A DNA stretch of 64,000 nt from IMG/VR virus record IMGVR_UViG_3300034178_000025; one strand, 5' to 3'. Numbering within the stretch: position 1 is the stretch's first letter; the number at the start of each line of letters is the position of its first letter. The notes under the pieces are model-generated. The model was not told the origin of the DNA and did not search any database. It saw nothing but the letters and a program-made list of their open reading frames with translations. The DNA comes from an uncultured virus (IMG/VR IMGVR_UViG_3300034178_000025). Lineage: Duplodnaviria > Heunggongvirae > Uroviricota > Caudoviricetes. Below are positions 1 through 7,137 of this stretch, in pieces. The position numbers were made by a program, and so were the translations under genes.

Positions 1-21
1 CCGTTACGCCTAGCGGCGCGG

Positions 22-50
22 TTGACTAAAAGTCAACTAGCCGGTAGGGT
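22..50 (+). promoter_or_regulatory. sigma70/HrdB-type promoter TTGACT-17-TAGGGT within an inverted repeat
   Basis: -35 at 22-27, -10 at 45-50, 17-nt spacer; GTTGACT-AAA-AGTCAAC palindrome overlaps the -35. Confidence 0.6.
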
Positions 51-148
51 GTGACGTAGCGGGTAGATTAGCCCGACGAAATCAAATTAGACTTTTCCCG
101 ACTGGGATAGGGGTCAACTCTGTCCCAGTCGGGGAGTCTAGACGTCGG

Positions 149-178
149 TTGACTTTCTAGGATTACCCGTGATAGGGT
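149..178 (+). promoter_or_regulatory. promoter TTGACT-18-TAGGGT
   Basis: Hexamers at 149-154 and 173-178, about 50 nt upstream of the ATG at 228. Confidence 0.6.
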
Positions 179-209
179 GGTTCTAGTTGGCGAACCGAGA
201 AATCACTAA

Positions 210-223
210 CACCTGGGACGGTG
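210..223 (+). repeat. start-associated motif CACCTGGGACGGTG, copy 1 of 4 (others 908-921, 1208-1221, 2276-2289)
   Basis: Identical 14-mer, each followed by exactly 4 nt and an ATG (228, 926, 1226, 2294). Confidence 0.9.
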
Positions 224-227
224 TATT

Positions 228-620
228 ATGGGAAAAGCAGGTTTACCAAAATCTCCCATCCAGTTCCGTAAACTGTGGAACTGCTGCTGGGGCAACGAGA
301 CGCACGTCATCACGTTTGACTGCGGGAGTCGCCACGCGGTATGCTCAAAGTGTGCAGCTCAGTATACCCGCCAGAACGGTCCCGACTGGGCAGCCGATTT
401 GCTGGCGGACTGTGCCGATGCCGACATCGAAGTAGTCGGCATTCTGGACCCGGACGAGCAGCACGGCATTCCGTGCTACGTTGGTCCGATCGCTCGTGTT
501 CACGAGCAAATTCGGCCTGGCGTGTACCCGTCGGTGGATATGCTCAGCGACGAGATGCAGCTCTGCACGGTCGTGGTCGGGACTGACAAGTCCTATGCGA
601 TTCGGGGCGAGGACAAATGA
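228..620 (+). CDS. early hypothetical protein, Cys-rich N-terminus
   Basis: 130-aa ORF behind a promoter and the repeated motif; ATGA overlap with the next gene. Confidence 0.7.
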   Translation: MGKAGLPKSPIQFRKLWNCCWGNETHVITFDCGSRHAVCSKCAAQYTRQNGPDWAADLLADCADADIEVVGILDPDEQHGIPCYVGPIARVHEQIRPGVYPSVDMLSDEMQLCTVVVGTDKSYAIRGEDK

Positions 621-820
621 CTCTGGCCACTAGGACAGAATTGCTCAAACTTCACGATGCTGCTACGCTGGCTCGTGACGCTGCTCACCGGGCCTACCAG
701 GTGGCGCTGGCCAATCGCCAGAAAGATGGCGACACCGAGCACGCCTACGAGGCACTGCTGGCCGCCAACCGTGTGCGGGACAGCATTTACCGACTGGTCC
801 TAGCAACAACTGGCTCCTAG
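617..820 (+). CDS. hypothetical helical protein
   Basis: 67-aa ORF, ATGA coupling, GAGGA upstream. Confidence 0.65.
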   Translation: MTLATRTELLKLHDAATLARDAAHRAYQVALANRQKDGDTEHAYEALLAANRVRDSIYRLVLATTGS

Positions 821-846
821 ACATCTTCCTACTCATGTGCTAGACT
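818..846 (+). promoter_or_regulatory. promoter TAGACA-17-TAGACT (TG-extended -10)
   Basis: Hexamers at 818-823 and 841-846; -10 lies inside the inverted repeat CTACTCATGT...ACATGAGTAG. Confidence 0.55.
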
Positions 847-925
847 TAGTGCTAGAACATGAGTAGGCGGGGCATCTAGGCCCAAGAAAGCTAGCACTAG
901 CACCTGACACCTGGGACGGTGTAGT

Positions 926-1126
926 ATGAGTGATCTGCCGGTCTTAACGGAACTGTGCGCCGTCAGTGACGCTGGTGCACTGTGCGGCACTCCGACCAAC
1001 GAGATCTGGGATGCCGATGACATGGTGGACGAGGTCAATGCTGTCCTACGGGCGGCTGGCTCGCCCCTGTTCATGACGGGGCCAGCAATCTGCGAAAAGC
1101 ACATGTGGATGATCCCCGAGTTCTAG
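926..1126 (+). CDS. early hypothetical protein
   Basis: 66-aa ORF preceded by the repeated motif. Confidence 0.7.
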   Translation: MSDLPVLTELCAVSDAGALCGTPTNEIWDADDMVDEVNAVLRAAGSPLFMTGPAICEKHMWMIPEF

Positions 1127-1141
1127 ATCTGTGGAAGCTGG

Positions 1142-1170
1142 TTGCGCATCATGCTAGCATCTGCTAGACT
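1142..1170 (+). promoter_or_regulatory. promoter TTGCGC-17-TAGACT (TG-extended -10)
   Basis: Hexamers at 1142-1147 and 1165-1170, on opposite arms of the inverted repeat 1140-1181. Confidence 0.55.
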
Positions 1171-1225
1171 GGTGCGTAACCGGGGCAACACAGCCCTAGT
1201 CAGCACTCACCTGGGACGGTGAAAA

Positions 1226-1933
1226 ATGGACGCGAAAAACATCACCTACTTACCATCTGTGCCAGTCCGGTACAGCTATGCTCAGCCGAGCATGTCGCGT
1301 CGTGGTGGAGTCAGACTTCACCCGGTTGCCGACGGCAGGCTGAACATGGAGGCCAGTCAGCAGTACCTGAGGACCCGTGACTTCGCTGGTAACAAACTGC
1401 GCGACCATGTTAACCCGACCTCGGGCATGTTCACCCACTGCACCAGTCTGATCGAGAGCTCGCCACTGAACCCAGTCGGCACTGCTCCCGAAGACATGAA
1501 GTCGGGCGTGTCTGGTGCTGACAATGCAGCAACTAGATTGCTCCCTAAAAAGACAGTACATACGCCCGCCGGTCGGGTGTATCTGGATGAAGCTGGTCAA
1601 GTGATCCGCACGACCGATATGGGGGACTCCCCCGTAATCGCTCGACCCCGGATTGCCGACCCGTCCACCACTACCAAACCCTCTAAAGGGAGGCGTAGCG
1701 TGTCCGCTAGGGCACCCAAACGGGCCGTCCCGCAAACCCCGGGCGGAACCGGCCCATCCGGTCGCATCACTGATGCCGACGTCGAGGCCTTCGTTCGGGC
1801 TGTGGCCGAGATGCACGGGCGCACGGTTAGCATCGTGACTCCCAACATGCTCCGGGACGGCCGGGAAGCGCTCAAAGCCCTGCGCAAGCAGGCCGAGAAA
1901 GTGCTAGCCAGGCGTACTAGTCGTGGCAAGTGA
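1226..1933 (+). CDS. early hypothetical protein with an E3-binding-like GTGxxGRIxxxDV motif
   Basis: 235-aa ORF preceded by the repeated motif; contains GTGPSGRITDADV. Confidence 0.7.
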   Translation: MDAKNITYLPSVPVRYSYAQPSMSRRGGVRLHPVADGRLNMEASQQYLRTRDFAGNKLRDHVNPTSGMFTHCTSLIESSPLNPVGTAPEDMKSGVSGADNAATRLLPKKTVHTPAGRVYLDEAGQVIRTTDMGDSPVIARPRIADPSTTTKPSKGRRSVSARAPKRAVPQTPGGTGPSGRITDADVEAFVRAVAEMHGRTVSIVTPNMLRDGREALKALRKQAEKVLARRTSRGK

Positions 1934-2098
1934 TGGTACGGTGGTTACCTTTATCTACACGTACCAATTCACCAGCGACTGGTGCTGGTCGGCAATGGCT
2001 GGCGTACTGGCCTCGGTCGCAGTTATCGGTAACCTGCTGGTGGCCGAGCTGGCAAGCCGAAGTCGGAGGAGAAATGCTAGAACGTGAGCAACTGGGCC

Positions 2099-2127
2099 TT
2101 GACAATAGTAGATGGTCCGATTAGACT
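2099..2127 (+). promoter_or_regulatory. near-consensus promoter TTGACA-17-TAGACT
   Basis: Hexamers at 2099-2104 and 2122-2127, just upstream of tRNA-like element A. Confidence 0.75.
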
Positions 2128-2165
2128 GGACCTAGCTAGAAGAACTACCCTAGCTGGAAAGCTAG

Positions 2166-2252
2166 GCGAGATTGCAGGCTAGCCATCCGAAGCTGTGTCG
2201 CCAGAGATGCGCACGGTACGGACGGAGGGGGGTTCGAATCCCCCAATCTCAC
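2166..2252 (+). ncRNA. tRNA-like element A (acceptor stem and T arm; long hairpin in place of an anticodon arm)
   Basis: GAGATT/AATCTC stem abutting GGGGG-TTCGAAT-CCCCC; inner hairpin TCCG..GCTGTG...CACGGT..CGGA; no canonical D arm or 7-nt anticodon loop. Confidence 0.55.
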
Positions 2253-2293
2253 GTAGTAGTAAGTAACCGCTAGTACACCTGGGACGGTGGAAC

Positions 2294-2707
2294 ATGGGAC
2301 ACAGAGGACACGTAGGCAAAACTCTACTCACACCACCAACTGATCTGGCTCGTGCACTGGTCGGCCTCGGCTGTCCGTTGCAGGTAAACGGCGCCGTCTC
2401 GTTGGAGGAGAGCGACCACCTGAACTGCCCCCCGGGCAGCAAGTGGATGCTCGCGGAACGCTGGGTGGATGAGTCCAGGCATGTTGGCGGAGTTGTCAGG
2501 CTGATCGGTGTCACAACGCCGGCTAGCTGGCCGAGTCAGGACGAGCCTGTCACGCACTACCACCTGCACCTGTTTGCCAGGGCGTTCATGCTCGGCCACG
2601 CGTACCCGCTGGGATTCGGACAGGCACACTGCCTGTGCCCGACCGGCGAGTCTGACGTCAAGTGGTACATGCACGAGTATCTGCCCCAACGATGGGACAT
2701 GAGGTAA
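2294..2707 (+). CDS. early hypothetical protein
   Basis: 137-aa ORF preceded by the repeated motif. Confidence 0.65.
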   Translation: MGHRGHVGKTLLTPPTDLARALVGLGCPLQVNGAVSLEESDHLNCPPGSKWMLAERWVDESRHVGGVVRLIGVTTPASWPSQDEPVTHYHLHLFARAFMLGHAYPLGFGQAHCLCPTGESDVKWYMHEYLPQRWDMR

Positions 2708-2899
2708 TCATCATGCACCGTCGAAAGAGGCAGATTAGGCTGGCGAGCTGGATGTTCAGCCTGCTACGCAGCTACCGGCACCAGGCTAGCCACCGTAGCA
2801 ACCCTCACCAGCGGATCCCCGCTCCCAGGTTGTTGCTACAGCTGGAACGTTAGCCGATAGTCCAGCCCTGAAAATCTAGCAAAAACTAGTGGCTAGGGG

Positions 2900-2929
2900 T
2901 TGCGGCGCAGGGGTTAACCCTGCTACAGT
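2900..2929 (+). promoter_or_regulatory. promoter TTGCGG-18-TACAGT with a palindrome in the spacer
   Basis: GCAGGG-GTTAA-CCCTGC overlaps the spacer and extended -10; upstream of the 393-aa gene. Confidence 0.6.
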
Positions 2930-3004
2930 CAACACAGACAACACGGGACGCACATACAAACGTTACCCGGAACTGAACGGACGCGACCACAGGAGGGCGC
3001 AGCA

Positions 3005-4186
3005 ATGAGTGACACCGAACTGGACTTCGACATCGACACGGACGAGTCGGGTGTCGAGGTCGAGCAGGTCAACGATGGTGACATCCCGGGTACCGGCGAT
3101 GTCGAGGTCGAGCTGACCGAGATCGACGACGCCAGCCTGGCGGAGGCGGTCGCCGCAGCCAGCACCGAACCGGTCGAGCTGACCGACGAGCAGAAGGCTG
3201 AGGCAGAGGCGAAGGCTAAGGCAGACGCCGAAGCGGCCGAGTTGGTCGCAACGGAGAAGCTGGACGCCTTCAAGGCAGCCACCGAGGCAGTGCTGGCCAA
3301 CGACGAGCGTACCGACTGGGTGGCCGAGCTGCCCGTTGCCGTGACCGAACCGGTCACCAGCGCGTACAGCGAGCTGGTCGGCTCCAAGGGCAAGGCAGCA
3401 GGCAAGCAGTACCTGGTCGACCGCATGCAGGCCAAGATGATCGAGGGTGCAACCAACCCTGCCTCGTTCACCGATGCCCGCGTGTACATGCTGCTCAACA
3501 GCGCCTTGAAGGACGCCAAGAGCAAGCGTGAGACGGTCGCCAAGCCCAAGGTCGACCCGACTACTGCCTTCGTCGAGCGTGCGGCGGCCCTGATGCTGGC
3601 CGTCAACCTGCTCACCGTCCCGTCGGACGTCGAGGAGGACTGGGCGGACAAGACCGAGAAGCTGGTCAACACGCTGTCCACCGACGTCGCGGCCTACCAC
3701 GCCTGGCAGGCCGAGCTGGTTCGGGTGGCCAAGCACAACGAGGCCAACCCGCCCGCCGAAGGCGAGAAGCCGGTCGAGGTCGAGACGCCCGACATCAGCG
3801 CGGTCGTGCTGGCGGCGGCGAAGATCGCGGCAGGTCGTGCAGTCGGCAGCGCCGGTCGCAAGCCCAGCCAGTCCAGCAAGGAGGGTAGCGCTGGCAGCAC
3901 CAGCGTCCCCCGCGTCAGCACGGCAGGCTCGGGTCACCGAGGCGACATCGCGAAGCACATCCGCGAGGCGATGAACACGGTCGGCATCGGCGAGTTCATG
4001 TCCGTCGCGGACATCGCCAAGGTGGAGACCTCGGAGTACGGAACCGGCGAGGCCCCGCCGCCCAGCCAGGGTGCGATCTCGGCCCGGCTGTTCCCTCGGG
4101 ACGGCAAGGCATGCACGCTGGACTTCGTCCGCCCGGAGGGTCCCGACCAGGGCCAGCCCAAGAAGGGTGCGGTTCGCACTGCCTGA
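3005..4186 (+). CDS. probably abundant protein, acidic N-terminus, possible C-terminal winged-helix
   Basis: AGGAGG RBS, strong GC3 bias, C-terminal MSVADIAK...PSQGAISARL. Confidence 0.85.
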   Translation: MSDTELDFDIDTDESGVEVEQVNDGDIPGTGDVEVELTEIDDASLAEAVAAASTEPVELTDEQKAEAEAKAKADAEAAELVATEKLDAFKAATEAVLANDERTDWVAELPVAVTEPVTSAYSELVGSKGKAAGKQYLVDRMQAKMIEGATNPASFTDARVYMLLNSALKDAKSKRETVAKPKVDPTTAFVERAAALMLAVNLLTVPSDVEEDWADKTEKLVNTLSTDVAAYHAWQAELVRVAKHNEANPPAEGEKPVEVETPDISAVVLAAAKIAAGRAVGSAGRKPSQSSKEGSAGSTSVPRVSTAGSGHRGDIAKHIREAMNTVGIGEFMSVADIAKVETSEYGTGEAPPPSQGAISARLFPRDGKACTLDFVRPEGPDQGQPKKGAVRTA

Positions 4187-4226
4187 GCAGGGCCTGATCG
4201 GTCCCACCGGCACCATCAGCTAGACC

Positions 4227-4276
4227 CCCGACCTGCCGTGGATACGTCTTCGTGCGAAATGAAGCGGCAGGTCGGG
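4227..4276 (+). terminator. GC-rich stem-loop (terminator or processing site)
   Basis: CCCGACCTGCCG...CGGCAGGTCGGG between the gene end and tRNA-like element B. Confidence 0.5.
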
Positions 4277-4289
4277 CTGTAATACACAT

Positions 4290-4415
4290 GGACACGTAGC
4301 TCATCGGCAGAGCAACCCCGTAAACTCCGGGTCAGATACTAGTAGTCTGATTCAGCGAGTCCGGACTCGCAGTGGGAGCTGGGAAGGTATGCTGGTTCAA
4401 ATCCAGCCGTGTCCC
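4290..4415 (+). ncRNA. tRNA-like element B with a branched insert replacing the anticodon loop
   Basis: Perfect acceptor stem GGACACG/CGTGTCC, TA, D arm GCTC-ATCGGCA-GAGC, T arm GCTGG-TTCAAAT-CCAGC; 77 nt between D and T arms, including hairpins TCAGA..TCTGA and GCGAGT-CCGG-ACTCGC. Confidence 0.8.
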
Positions 4416-4554
4416 CGAGGCCAGCCAGTCCGTTTGCGGAGATGGGTTCACAGAGAAGGTCTCTAAGGGAACGACAGTGATGTCCGACCTGTGCATGGGA
4501 ACTCACTCAAAAGGAAACGTGGTAGGGGGTCAGATTATCCCTGGCTACCCTACT

Positions 4555-4639
4555 GTGGGTAATAGCATTACGGCTTAATGCGCCCTGGATAAACCCGTGA
4601 GGGTAAAGGGAGATCGAGGTTCGAATCCTCGTACCTGCG
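4555..4639 (+). ncRNA. tRNA-like element C with a GNRA-capped hairpin in the anticodon position
   Basis: GTGGGTA/TACCTGC, D arm GCATTA-CGGCT-TAATGC, stem CCCT/AGGG enclosing ACCC-GTGA-GGGT, T arm CGAGG-TTCGAAT-CCTCG. Confidence 0.75.
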
Positions 4640-5092
4640 CTCGCAATCTACACGTAGTCGAGGACAGGTGATAGACATGCGATGTTGACAGCCCCTCAGG
4701 GGCCAGCGTAAGGGGACTCGCATCCCCGACAATAAGCAGGGTAGTGCCGTGCCAGCTTAGGGCAGGTACGGGCAAGGCGCACCCTTTCAGTTACCTGGGG
4801 GTGTTAGTGACACAGTTACTCAGTTTGAGAACCCAGCAAAACTACTATACAACTGAACATGCGTGCAGCACCACGGGCGGCCTGGGACGGGCTATTCTCT
4901 GCGGGGTTGACACCCGTTCCAGGTTGTGGTTAGGTAGTACAGCAACACCGCACTGCGGTAATACAGCGCACCGGGAAGGGTGAGCTTTGGATAGCTGGTT
5001 CATCATCAGCATGTGCATCATGGTGCCAGCTATTGTCGTGTTGGCCATCTGTGCATTCATGCCGATGCCGCACAGGCGAAGGGACAGTGACA

Positions 5093-5377
5093 ATGACTGA
5101 CAGCCCCGATGTGAAGAAGTTCGTGCGTGTCGAGCGTTCGCTCCGGTTCGTTCTCGTTGTCGATCTGGATTCGTACCAGGTCGACGGTCGACAGATGACC
5201 GAAACCGAGATCCGTGACTACGAGCACGCAAAGAACGAGGACAAGGCTGCCTCGGTGCAGGACATGTACGAGGTCGTTGGCTTTGCCGATGATGACACCG
5301 TCGAGACAACGACACGGGTCACCTTCGAGGAGACCATTGTGCTGGGAGGCACCAGTGAGCCCGAGTCGGGAGCGTAA
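5093..5377 (+). CDS. hypothetical acidic protein
   Basis: ATG at 5093 with GAAGGGA upstream, in frame with ORF 5033-5377. Confidence 0.65.
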   Translation: MTDSPDVKKFVRVERSLRFVLVVDLDSYQVDGRQMTETEIRDYEHAKNEDKAASVQDMYEVVGFADDDTVETTTRVTFEETIVLGGTSEPESGA

Positions 5378-5615
5378 CCTGTGGCGAACAGGCTTCCTCG
5401 GCCTGACCGTCGGCGCCTTGGTGGCCGAGTGCGTGGGAGCCTGGGACGGCAACCCCAACACCGACCCCTGGACAGACCTCATCACGACGTACGTGCCCTG
5501 GCAGTTGGCACTGACAGTGTTTGCAGCACTGGCTGCATGGGTGCCTGTTCACTTTGTTGTGGCGTACCGACGGCGCGCCAAGAAGAAAGGACCAGCCGAT
5601 GCTGACGTGGCGTGA
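5355..5615 (+). CDS. membrane protein (2 TM)
   Basis: GGAGG then GTG at 5355; two hydrophobic segments and a basic tail. Confidence 0.65.
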   Translation: MSPSRERNLWRTGFLGLTVGALVAECVGAWDGNPNTDPWTDLITTYVPWQLALTVFAALAAWVPVHFVVAYRRRAKKKGPADADVA

Positions 5616-5784
5616 GCTGATCGCCAACGCCCAGGCCAAGGCGGCCGAGCACGGCGACCAGGTACTGGATCTTCCGGTGTATGTCGGACTGAGTGACGAG
5701 AATCAGCTGGCCGACGGCCTGATCTACATCGAAGTCAGCACGGACGAGGAAGAGCAACTCATCCTCACTACCAACTGGGACTAA
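5599..5784 (+). CDS. hypothetical acidic protein
   Basis: AAAGGA RBS, ATG at 5599. Confidence 0.6.
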   Translation: MLTWRELIANAQAKAAEHGDQVLDLPVYVGLSDENQLADGLIYIEVSTDEEEQLILTTNWD

Positions 5785-5926
5785 CTAATCAAGAAGGGAT
5801 AGGCAATGCGGCGCTGGATCGAAGAGAAGCAGATCATGCTTGGTACCTGGGTTATCGTAGCTGTGGCCGTAGCGTTCAGCGCTGCGCCTATCGTCCACTA
5901 ACCTAGCCACACCTGGAGGTAACCAG

Positions 5927-6145
5927 ATGGGCAAGGCTTACGTCCTGCTCGGCGTGCTCATGACGCACGCTCCCAACGGTCGGGCACAGGCGAAGTGTGC
6001 CGAGATCTACAACAAGCTGATCTACGATGGATTCTCTCAGGTGGGAGCTGAGAGAATCCTAGCCCGGATGCTGGTCAACGGTCTCGACCACGATGACTGG
6101 CCGTGGATTCCGGACTACACGGTGCCACTGAACACTCTCAGCTAG
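5927..6145 (+). CDS. hypothetical protein
   Basis: GGAGGT RBS within CACCTGGAGGT, a variant of the repeated motif. Confidence 0.65.
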   Translation: MGKAYVLLGVLMTHAPNGRAQAKCAEIYNKLIYDGFSQVGAERILARMLVNGLDHDDWPWIPDYTVPLNTLS

Positions 6146-6327
6146 AACAAACACAGATCAAACCCGAAGTTCCCTTCCGAGTTGGTATGTACTGTGCTTC
6201 GGCACTACCGTACTAAGCCTTCCGAGTTGGGTCGAGGTCGAGATATTGTCCTCCTGTTCAGACCTCGTTAAACAAAATGTATAGGTACGGGACCGCTCCC
6301 GGGTACAAGTTATGCCGGGGGCGTCAA

Positions 6328-6399
6328 GGGGATCTAGCTCAACGGTAGAGCACTGGCCCTGCAAGCCAGCGGTTAGGGGTTCGAGTCCCCTGGTCTCCA
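6328..6399 (+). tRNA. tRNA-Ala(TGC)
   Basis: Full cloverleaf: GGGGATC/GGTCTCC with G3:U70, A73, D arm GCTC/GAGC, CTGGC-CCTGCAA-GCCAG, AGGGG-TTCGAGT-CCCCT; C at position 33; CCA not encoded. Confidence 0.93.
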
Positions 6400-6683
6400 C
6401 GCACGCCAGCGAGTACCTGATATCTGCTGTTATCAGCATGTAAAGATATTCGGTACTGTGTTTCGAGGGTGCACTAATGAGAAGATAGGGACTGTCGATG
6501 ATCATGTCGATAAGGCCGGTTCAGTGGAGGCGCCAGTGAGATACCACCCAGAGGTTAGCAACTGAATCCAGTAGGTGGGAGCCGGTGAAGCTGTGCACCT
6601 GTAACTCTCGACATGTATCGCGTGGTGAAGGCGACAGAAGGTAGGGTAGAGGGTGATCCCTATCAAATGAAGTTGCAATGCAA

Positions 6684-6790
6684 CACTGACCAGGACAACG
6701 TGCTGGCTGACGGGCCAGCCCAATCCAACTGTACGTCTGTTGGTGGCAGATAGTCCCGGGCACTGGGTTTGAATCCCAGTCTGGTCAGTG
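6684..6790 (+). ncRNA. tRNA-like element E (extended acceptor stem, T-like arm)
   Basis: CACTGACCAG/CTGGTCAGTG abutting ACTGGG-TTTGAAT-CCCAGT; inner arms GCTGGC-TGACGG-GCCAGC and CCAAC-9nt-GTTGG. Confidence 0.6.
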
Positions 6791-7137
6791 TGCAGCACAG
6801 CAAGGCATGGCATGGCCTTATCTCCAATAAAGGGGCAGCGAGTCGGATTAGAGACCCGACTGGATGATCCGCTAATCAGGGTCACCAGGGAAGGCGACTG
6901 CCCCTCCGATAGCAAACTGGACAGTGTCAACCAGTGAGTAGCTATTGACACACAGAGATCCACATGATTGAATGTTGCAGTCACGCTAGCTAGTGCATTG
7001 GCTGCATCGAGTCGCAAACTGTACGTGCAGGGCGGGCATATCACGTCCCAGGGTGCCCGCCTGGCTTTCGCAGCAGCAACTCGGTGCAGTCAATGGACTG
7101 TCTAGAGACTGGTCCATCGCGCAGTTAGTCACCACGG

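Noticed and set aside
2228..2252. tRNA 3' half as an attP core
   Set aside because: A matching 5' acceptor strand and its own promoter are present, and it is 18 kb from the recombinase; not excluded without the host genome
2929..4216. Long minus-strand ORFs (417 aa, 250 aa)
   Set aside because: Antisense shadows of the GC3-biased gene 3005-4186; no RBS or motifs
4290..4639. tmRNA or group I intron-containing tRNA
   Set aside because: Both elements have their own D arm and closed acceptor stem, no tag ORF was seen, and the inserts are far too short for self-splicing introns
6173..6230. Mini-CRISPR interpretation of the 13-nt repeat pair
   Set aside because: Only two short copies and no cas operon; kept only as an RNA motif
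6400..7130. Hammerhead or HDV/theta ribozyme next to the tRNA
   Set aside because: No CTGANGA/GAAA core or convincing nested pseudoknot found by eye; needs a covariance search
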